Below, one piece after another: positions 1 to 64,000 of a DNA stretch of 64,000 nt; within the stretch, counting starts at the first letter, position 1, and each line of letters begins with the position of its first letter. The DNA is from Chiloscyllium plagiosum. Taxonomy: Eukaryota. The translations under genes and the position numbers were made by a program. The notes under the pieces are model-generated. The model saw nothing but the letters and a program-made list of their open reading frames with translations. It had not been told where the DNA came from and did not search any database. The DNA is taken from assembly GCF_004010195.1 (NCBI RefSeq), contig NC_057719.1, positions 28,064,710 to 28,128,709 on the forward strand, written 5' to 3'.

Positions 1-318
1 GGTTTAGGTAGGGTCGACAGTGAGAATCTTTTTTCCACGTGTGGAGTCAGCTATTACAAGGGGGCATAGCTTTAAATTAAGGGGGGTAGGTATAGGACAG
101 ATGTTAGGGGTAGGTTCTTTACTCAGCGAGTCGTGAGTTCATGGAATGCCCTGCCAGTAGCAGTGGTGGACTCTCCCTCATTATGGGCATTTAAGCGGGC
201 ATTGGATAGGCATATAGAGGATAGTGGGCTAGTGTAGGTTAGGTGGGCTTGGATCGGCGCAACATCGAGGGCCGAAGGGCCTGTACTGCGCTGTATTCTT
301 CTATGTTCTATGTTCTAT
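1..318 (+). mobile_element. CR1 LINE 3' end
   Basis: ORF2 C-terminus (FFTQRVVSSWNALP), 3'UTR gggccgaagggcctgt and a (tctatgt)n tail. Confidence 0.85.
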
Positions 319-630
319 GAACAGGGTGGCCATATGGGGGACTTTAACTTCCCCAACATTGACTGGAAATGCTATAACTCTAGTGCATCGGATGGATCAG
401 TTTTTGTCCAATGGGTGCAGGAGGGTTTCCTGACGAAGGGCCAACAAGAGGGGAGGCCACACTGAATTTGGTACTTGGTAATGAACCAGGCCAGGTGTTT
501 GATTTAGGGGTAGGTGAGCGCTTTGGAAGAGTGAACATAATTTGGTTACGTTTAGTTTAGCGATGGAAAGGGATAGGTACATGCCACAGATCAAGAGCTA
601 TATATGGGGAAGGGGAATTATATTGTATTA

Positions 631-758
631 CTGATGGAGGGCTTTCGCCCGAAACGTTGATTTTTCTGCTCCTCGGATGCTGCCTGAACTGCTGTGCTTT
701 TCCAGCACCACTCTACTCCAGAATCTGGTTTCCAACATCTGCAGTCATTGTTTTGGCC
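631..758 (+). mobile_element. Short PLE terminal-repeat fragment beginning at a hammerhead-like core
   Basis: ctgatggagggctttcgcccgaaacgtt followed by the recurrent gatgctgcctg...ctgctgtgcttttccagca motif; interrupts CR1. Confidence 0.7.
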
Positions 759-1127
759 TAAGACTTAGGAGGCATAGAACGGGGAAGCAAACTGCAGCAG
801 AAGGGGACAATCGAATTATGGAGCTGGTTTAAGGAACAGATATTGCATGTCCTTGATAGGTATGTCCCTGTCAGGTAGGGAGGAAGTGATAAGGTAAGGA
901 AACCGTGATTTACTAAAGAAATTGTATCTCGTGTTAAGCAGACAATTGTGGCTTATGTGACATTGAGACAAGATGGAGAGATACAGATTAGCTAGGAAGG
1001 ATTCAAAGAGAGAGTTAAGAGGAGCATGGAGGGGACAAGAGCAGTCTTTAGCAAGTAGAACAAAGGAGAACTCTAAAGCTTTCTCTAGGTATGTGAGGAA
1101 TACAAGGATGACTAGGGTAGGAATAGG

Positions 1128-1254
1128 AGAAAGTGAGGACTGCAGATGCTGGGGTACCAGAGTTGAAAAATGTGGTGCTGGAAAAACACAGCAGGCCAGG
1201 CAGCATCCGAGGAGCAGGAGAATTGATGTTTTGGGCATAAGCCCTTCTTCAGGA
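1128..1254 (-). mobile_element. Short PLE terminal-repeat insertion with 14-bp TSD
   Basis: Flanked by agggtaggaatagg (1114-1127) and agggcaggaatagg (1255-1268); degenerate hammerhead at its 5' end. Confidence 0.8.
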
Positions 1255-1593
1255 AGGGCAGGAATAGGGCCAGTTAAAGACACAAGTGGCAAGTTGTGTG
1301 TGGACCCTATGGAGATCGGAGAGGTGCTAAACGAATATTTCCCATCAGTTTTCACTCAGGAAAAGGAGAACATTGTAGAGGAGAAGACTGAGATACGGGC
1401 TATTAGACCAGAAAGGATTGAAGTTAGTAAGAAGGAGGTGTTATCAATTCTAGGTGGTGTGAAAGTAGATATGTCCCCTGGGCCGGATGGGATTTATCTG
1501 AGGATTCTCTGGGAAGGTAGGGAAGAGATAGCAGAGTTGAAACTTTATTGCTGGAACAGCACAGCAGGTCAGGCAGCATCCAGGGAACAGGAG

Positions 1594-1629
1594 ATTCGAC
1601 GTTTCGGGCACAGGCCCTTCTTCAGGAAT
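1594..1629 (-). ncRNA. Minimal type I hammerhead ribozyme motif (intact)
   Basis: AUUC-CUGAAGA-A-GGGC-CUGU-GCCC-GAAA-C-GUC-GAAU: stem I AUUC/GAAU, stem II GGGC/GCCC, palindromic ACGU stem III, GUC cleavage triplet. Confidence 0.75.
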
Positions 1630-1913
1630 GAGCAGAGAGTGTTCAGCAGGAGAAGATAAAAGGTAGGGAGGAGGGACTTGGAGGAGGGGAGTTGGCAGAG
1701 GAGATGACCTGGGGTGTGCAGTGAGAGAGGGACTCACTGAAATCTTTGTAGAGAGAGGCAGAGAGCTTCTTCAAGGAAGGCATCCTTGTAAGAGGATTCG
1801 CAGTAGGTTGAAATCTTCGAGGAGAAAGTGAGATCTGCAGATGCTGGAGATCAAAGTTGAAACTTTATTGCTGGAACAGCACAGCAGGTCAGGCAGCATC
1901 CAGGGAACAGGAG

Positions 1914-1949
1914 ATTCGACATTTCGGGCACAGGCCCTTCTTCAGGAAT
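1914..1949 (-). ncRNA. Minimal hammerhead ribozyme motif, second tandem copy
   Basis: Same as 1594-1629 except GAAAUGUC; offset by 320 nt. Confidence 0.62.
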
Positions 1950-2133
1950 GAGCAGAGAGTGTTAGATCTTTGTAGAGAGAGGCAGAGAGCTTCTTCAAGG
2001 AAGGCATCCTTGTAAGAGGATTCGCAGTAGGTTGAAATCTTCGAGGAGAAAGTGAGATCTGCAGATGCTGGAGATCAAAGTTGAAACTTTATTGCTGGAA
2101 CAGCACAGCAGGTCAGGCAGCATCCAGGGAACA

Positions 2134-2170
2134 NNNNNNNNNNNNNNNNNNNNNNNNNNNNNNNNNNNNN
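2134..2170. other. Assembly gap (N run)
   Basis: 37 N bases. Confidence 0.99.
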
Positions 2171-2395
2171 CAGACTGGGATCACGGATAGTTAGGTCAGG
2201 ATCACGGTGAAGCAGACTGGGATCACATTTAATTAGGTCAGGATCACAGTGAACCAGACTTGACCTCTCCGCCTCCATCCTACTCCGACCTATCACCCTC
2301 ACCTTGACCTCTTTCCACCTATCACATTTCCAACGCCCCTCCTCCAAGTCCCTCCTCCCTACCTTTTATCTTCTCCTGCTGAACACTCTCTGCTC

Positions 2396-2431
2396 ATTCC
2401 TGAAGAAGGCCCTGTGTCCGAAACGTCGAAT
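2396..2431 (+). ncRNA. Minimal hammerhead ribozyme motif, inverted copy with weakened stem II
   Basis: AUUC-CUGAAGA-A-GGCCCUGUGUCC-GAAACGUC-GAAU. Confidence 0.58.
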
Positions 2432-4949
2432 CTCCTGTTCCCTGGATGCTGCCTGACCTGCTGTGCTGTTCCAGCAATAAAGTTTCAACTTTGATCTCCA
2501 GCATCTGCAGACCTCACTTTCTCCTCCTAAGAGATAGCAGAGCCTTTGGCTTTGATCTTTGGGTCGTCATTGTCTACAGGTTTAGTACCAGTGGACTGGA
2601 GGATTGCAAATGTTGTACCCTTGTTCAAGAAGGGCAGTAGAGATGACCCAGGTAATTATAGACCAAGGGAGCCTTACGTCTGTTGCAGGAAAAGTTTTGG
2701 ACAGGATTATAAGGGAAATGATTTACAATCATCTCACAAACAACAATTCGATTGGAGATAGTCAACATGGCTTTGTCAAGGGCAGGTCGTATCTCACAAA
2801 CCTCATTGAGTTTTTTGACAAGGTGACCAAGCATGTAGATGAGGGTAGGGCAGTTGATGTGGTATACATGGTCTTCAGTAAAGCCTTTGATAAGGTTCCA
2901 CATAGTTGGCTGTTCGAGAAAATGCAGAGGCATGGAATTGAGGGTGATTTAGCAGTTTGGATTAGAAACTGGCTTTCTGAAAGAAGGCTGCGAGTGGTGG
3001 TTGATAGAAAATATTCAGCCTGGAGTCCGGTTACTAGTGCCACAAGGATCTGTTTTGGGACCACTGCTGGTTGTCATTTTTATAAATGACTTAGATGCAG
3101 GCATAGGTGATAGTTTAGTAAATTTGCAGATGACACTAAAATCGGTGGAGTAGTGGATAGTATGGAAAGATGTTCCAGGTTGCAGAGGGACTTGGATAAA
3201 CTGCAGAATTGGTCTGAGAGGTGGCAGATGGAGTTCAATGCAGATAAATGTGAGCTGATTCAATTTGGGAAGATTAACAGGAAGGCAGAATACTGGGTCA
3301 ATGGAAAGATTCTTGGTAGTGTGGATGTGCAGAGGGATCTTGGAGTCCATGTACATAGATCCCTGAAAGTTACCACCCAGGTGGATAGTGCTGTTAAGAA
3401 GATGTACAGTGTGTTACGGTTTATTGGTAGAGGGATTGAGTTCTGGAGCTGTGATGTCATGCTGCAACTATACAAGCGACCACACTTGGAATATTGTGTA
3501 CAGTTCTGGTTGCCCCATTACAGGAAGGATGTGGAAGCATTGGAAAAGGTGCAGAGGAGATTTACCAGGATGTTGCCTGGTATGGAGGGATAATCTTATG
3601 AGGAAAGGCTGAGGGACTTAGGTCTGTTCTCATTGGAGAGATAGAGGCTAGGAGAGAATTTAATAGAGACATAAAAGATGATCAGAGGATTAGATCGGGT
3701 GGACAGTGAGTGTCTTTTTCCTAGGATGACGACGTTGGGTTGTATGAGGGAGCAGAGCTGCAAATTGAGGGGTGATAGATTTAAGACAGCTGTCAGAGGC
3801 AGGTTCTTTATTCAGAGAGTGGTAAAGGCATGGAATGCTCTGCCTGCCAATGTAGTTAACTCAGCCACATTAGGGGCATTTTAACAGTCCTTGGATAAGC
3901 AAATGGATGATGTTGGGATAGTGTAGGGGGATGGGCTTAGACTAGTTCAAAGGTGAGCGCAATATCCAGGGCCGAGGAGCCTGTTCTGCACTGTATTGTT
4001 CTGTGTTCTATGAGTCTAAACCAAAGAAATGACTGATGGCTTATTTCTGTATCATATCGTGCTGTGGTACTTTGTTCTTTTGATTTATTCAGGTCATTCT
4101 CCAGGTTCTTTCCCCACCCTGATAACTATCATATTCTCGTGGGTCTTACAATGCTGTTCTAAGATGCTCTGCTGATGTACACAACAGACATGTTGTCTGT
4201 TTAATTTTTCCAATGAACCTGACCAGGAATACAATGTGTAAACCATCTGGGTTGCACTGGGTTAAAGTGCTGTACCATTCAGGTACTTTCCCGGAGTACG
4301 AAGACAGTGCTATCTGTTGCAAGGCATGAGATAAGGAATATTTCGCTTTTATTAGGGTCAATTTCAGAATGGAAACAATTCTAATAGAATTGCCTCTTTC
4401 ATTCGGTTGGTAGATTTATCTTTTTTAAAATTTATTTGTGGGATGTGGACATCGCTAGCTGGCCAGCATTTATTGCACATCCCTAGTTGCCCTTGAGAAG
4501 GTGATGGTGAGCTGTCTTCTTAAATTGCTGCAGTCCATTTATCTCTCGATAAACAAAACAATGTAAAACAATGTCCAGAACAGCACTGAGCCAAATAACA
4601 CTGTAAAATGTCAGGTCCACTTCCTACTCTGTGAATTACAAGAAAAAAGTAGACTTACATTTATGTCACACCTCAGGACATCCTAAAGCAGTTTGTAACC
4701 AAGGGAGTACTTTTGAAGCCTAGTCATTTGTGTAATGGAAGAAATGCAGCAAAAAACTTGTGCAGAGATGGCAGGAAACAACATTACAGTCAGTGCAGCA
4801 CTACCTCAGCACTGGACTGAGAGTCACAACTGAATTAACTGATCTCAGTCTAGCCACCAAATGAAGGTGCTCGAATTGGGGTCAGCATTTCAAAACCAGC
4901 CCCTGCTCAACATGTCAGACCAATGATCGACTGGAACTTCTGTACAAAC

Positions 4950-6310
4950 AGCTCTCATTAAAGAGAAAAATTATATTGGTTGTGACTGTGCAAATGGTAA
5001 CAATTCCCTCATTATCCTGTTTGAACTGTTGACTGCTTTTGAGACATGGTTGACCACAGCATTCTGTTCAAACATTTCCCCACTCTCATCCAATTGGGGG
5101 GAACTGCTCTTGACAGGTTCCATACCTATTTCTTTACTCTCAGCCCCAGTTTAATTTACAAAGACTTCTCTTCTTGCTCCTGCACCATGATCTCTGGTGG
5201 GCATCAATGGTCAATCCTTCGCCCATCCCATTCCTCATCTACACAGTGCCCCTCAGTGATATTATCCACAAACAGTGTTAGTTTTCATATACATGCTGAT
5301 GACAGCCAGCTCTCTCTCACCACCACCTATTGTGACTCTTCTACTGTTGTTATCTCACATCCAATACTGGATAAGAATAATGTTTCTCCAAGGAAACACT
5401 GAAGCCATGGTTTGGGCCCTGCTCCATGCTCTGTTCCCCAGCTACTGCCTCCATCCTTCTGTCTAGCTACTGTCTGAAGCAAAATCAGACCTGCTGGCAA
5501 CTTTGAGGTTATGTTTAATCCCAAAATGAGATTTCAAATACATTTGTACATTCTTACAAAGAGCAACAATTTCTAAGATTGCCTGACTTCACCTTTGTCT
5601 CAGCTTACCTGCTGCAGAAAGCTTCACTCATAACTTTTTTTACTGCAAGATCTGACTATTCCAACCCACTCCTGACTTGCCTTCCACATTCTACACTCTC
5701 AACTGGAGCTCATTCAAAACTCTGTTTCCCTATGTCCCATTTTGCACATTGTACCATCCCCTAACACTCCTGTGCTCACTCATCTACAATGGCTCCTGCG
5801 CAAGCGACACCTCCATTTTAAAATACATATCCTTGTTTTTCAATGTCACCGTGACTTCTCCCCTCACTATCTCAGTAATTTGCTTCAAAACAACAAGCCT
5901 TCGAGATCTCTGCACACCTCTCATTCTAATCTTATGAGCATTCTGATATTCAAGGAAGAGATAGATACATTGTTTTGGTTTTAAAGCCATCAAGGGGTAT
6001 AGATAGAAAGTCAGAATATGACATTGAGGTAAGATCATATTGAATGGTGCAGCAGACTCAAAGGGCCAAAGGGCAGGCTCCTGCTCCTAATTTCCATGTT
6101 TCTATTCCCGTTCTTAAAGTCTCCAATGACTGTGCCAAACTCTGGAACTCCCTATCTACACCCTTTACCTCACTCTTCTCCTTCAAAAGAGCTCTTTAAA
6201 GTTGAACTCTTTGACAGAGCTTTTGACTTGATGTCTCCTCATGGGGCCTAATGTATTATCATGCTGCTATGATGTTGTTCTATGATGTTAAAGCTGCTAT
6301 AAAAATACAT
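4950..6310 (+). mobile_element. Old L2-type LINE RT/3' fragment with a short CR1-like tail inserted at about 5950-6105
   Basis: Degenerate AF..VDHSIL, GTALD.FH.Y, FHIHADDSQL and DYSNPLL motifs. Confidence 0.7.
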
Positions 6311-6592
6311 TTATGGATATTGGACTCGAGCAGAAACACTCACTGTCAGTTAATAGCTTCAGGAGAGAAGGGATTCAAGTGGAGCAAAGCAATTCCTCAG
6401 TGCCATAACAAATCAGTAGCATGTAGAAAAGGCATTTGCTAAATGAGCCTTGGAGAGACAGTTAATATTGCATGCACAATTTTAGGGCTATTTCAAGATC
6501 AGAAATGTTAATTCTATTCCTGTCGAGACAACCTTGCTCCTGAGGGTTGATTGAGGGTCGAATAAAAGGTTAGGGAATGGGTCTTCACTTAC

Positions 6593-62140
<55,548 letters not shown>

Positions 62141-64000
62141 CTTTATTCGAGAAAAGATAGATACAAAGAATTATTGTTACACACAGTGGAGTGAATAACT
62201 AATACCAGCTAATTAATGCTCCTGGATTATACAACTGACAGATTGCAACAGAATGTTTTCTAAGGGACAGAAATAGTATCAAGATTATAAAGTCCGATTG
62301 ACACAATTATTTCAGAAAATCACATGGTAAAGAAGTGGCCCATTAACCTGTCACTATTGTGACAGAGTAGCTCTCTGAAAGAGCTTCTTATTAATCCCAC
62401 ACCCTGCTCTTGCTTCAAAACCTTGCCATTGTTTCCTTTGTATCGCTTAAACTGTACTTTGTGACTGAGTCACAGTCATCACCTGATTCTCGTAATGTGA
62501 TACCAACACTAGCAATGTTTCTTTTGTCAGAATTTCTGTTTGAGAACAAACATGCAATGATATAAATTTAGTGTCCTACATCACACAAATGTCTTTCAAT
62601 GGGGAATATAGTGAAAGAGGTCTGCGTCATAAAATACAGAACCTTGTGTTGCTGGTGTAGAGCTTTTTACAACAGCACAGTAATTTGGGAATAATGTGGA
62701 AAATCAGGAGGTCCAAAGTCTTAAAACACGATCAGATCCTTTTTTTTCATTCCCAGAAGCTACAGCCCAGTACAGGTTGCTGCAATCCCCACTGTAGTGT
62801 TGAGAAAGCCCTGAGGCTGCAACTTTGTTACTGGTTTTATACACTCGCACCTCTGTCAAGCTCTACAGTGACACCACCTGAATGCAAGGTGGGTTAAACA
62901 TGCCAGATTTCTTAAGGGATTTTACTCTTCCCGTCAATTTCTTCTCTCTTCATTCCATTCCCCCAATTTCTACATATGATACAGTACAGTACTTGCACCT
63001 ACACAGCAAGGAGAATGTAACTACACTCGTGATACTCCTCAGTCATAACAAAAACTCCATTCCATCTGCATGCAGACACCTACACACACACACATATAGA
63101 TGGACACTTTCACAGACACACAGTCAGTCTGGATTAACCACTGTAACACTGAGTCATTTTCTTTTCTGTCCAATCACTTTTCTATACACTTTAAATTCCT
63201 GTTTGACTGTCTTTGCTAACCTGTCTTTCTGTCTGGTGCTTACTCATGCGCACATTTGAAACGTCACAACAGAATCCAATCCTGTCCTGTCCTTATCAGC
63301 TACCAGTGAGTTCAGGACAATGTCCTGGAAGAGAAGCCCAGGCCAGTGCCTCCCTCTCTAACCCAGCATCTGTAATGTCAGCTGCAAAAGGCTGGCCTCA
63401 GTGAAGGTCAATTAACTTAACGGCAAATGGACTGATCTGACTGGTGCACCAATAGAGATTGGTCTCTTCAGCACAGAGCAGGGATCGAATATGGGATATT
63501 CTGGAATGTCAAGCTTAATCATTCACTTAATCACCCCCTGAGCCTATGGAGTCCATCTGTGTAAAAGACAGATGTTCTTTGTTTCCAGAGCCACATGAAT
63601 TTGTACACAACAAATGTTTGACAGTTATACCATCATCAATTTTTGGTGAAGTCTAATTAAATAGAATTTTTGGGAAGTCTAATTAAAATAGTTGGCAATC
63701 ATCCACCTGAAATTCTAATGCACATTATTGCCAGGCATGGTTCCCAATGGATGTGTGCAGTTGGAATAAACAGTGGCTTATACGTCCACAGCACATTTTC
63801 CAATCTCAGCATGCCAAAGCATTTGAGCCAAAGAATAACCTTTTGAGGGTGTAATGTAGAAAACAGGACAGCCAAGGCAAGGACTGCATCACCGATAGCA
63901 TCATTGTCCATTGATTACAAGTGTAAACCTCCAACAATGTTAGAAATACCAGTGAGGCAGCTCAGCAGTATCCTTACCATCTGCCTCCTCTTTAAAGTGG

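Larger units (their letters stand above)
1537..2528. mobile_element. Composite PLE insertion: three tandem minus-strand terminal-repeat units, an assembly gap, then one inverted plus-strand unit
   Basis: Exact 14-bp TSD aagagatagcagag at 1523-1536 and 2529-2542; near-identical repeated units; N gap at 2134-2170. Confidence 0.8.
330..4012 (+). mobile_element. Decayed CR1 LINE ORF2 (endonuclease end, RT, 3' tail) interrupted by three PLE-derived insertions
   Basis: GDFNFPNIDW, SPGPDGI, DWRIANVVPLFKKG, SQHGFVKGRS, FSKAFDKVPH, KFADDTK, QRRFTRMLPG; frameshifts and stops; tail at about 3990-4012. Confidence 0.92.

Noticed and set aside
1537..2133. Repeat-spacer pattern resembling a CRISPR array
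   Set aside because: Units are over 90 nt, spacers are themselves repeated, context is a vertebrate intron and there are no cas genes
973..3884. ORFs with RT-like protein sequence treated as host genes
   Set aside because: They are frameshifted pieces of one CR1 ORF2, partly read through PLE inserts
4020..6590. Downstream PKC exons (F.TKNP..RLG and AGC tail)
   Set aside because: No matching minus-strand sequence found; the region is L2/SINE-derived, so these exons probably lie left of the window
62200..64000. Upstream PKC C1b exon
   Set aside because: No minus-strand VH..C...VAPNCG-type sequence found by eye; probably beyond the window

Overview
Eukaryotic, repeat-rich genomic DNA, most likely from a shark or other cartilaginous fish (inferred from HE1-like V-SINEs and the CR1 and Penelope-like repeat types). 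The only host gene I can support is a minus-strand novel protein kinase C of the epsilon/eta subfamily. Five consecutive GT-AG coding exons (62000-62140, 57167-57340, 36990-37144, 13295-13433, 6593-6781) splice in frame to 798 nt (266 aa), covering the hinge end and most of the kinase domain; the 5' and 3' exons lie outside the window. The protein mixes eta-type and epsilon-type residues and may be a third 'eta-like' paralogue. The rest is intron, filled with decayed CR1 and L2 LINEs, SINEs, a Harbinger-like DNA transposon remnant, an LTR/gag remnant and Penelope-like element (PLE) pieces. The most notable non-obvious signal is a set of minimal type-I hammerhead ribozyme motifs (CUGANGA-stem II-GAAA-palindromic stem III) in at least three short PLE-derived families. 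Many of these are TSD-flanked fold-back insertions whose breakpoints cluster at the ribozyme, and one is a tandem, retrozyme-like array. Repeat boundaries are approximate and all family names come from recognition by eye, not database searches.
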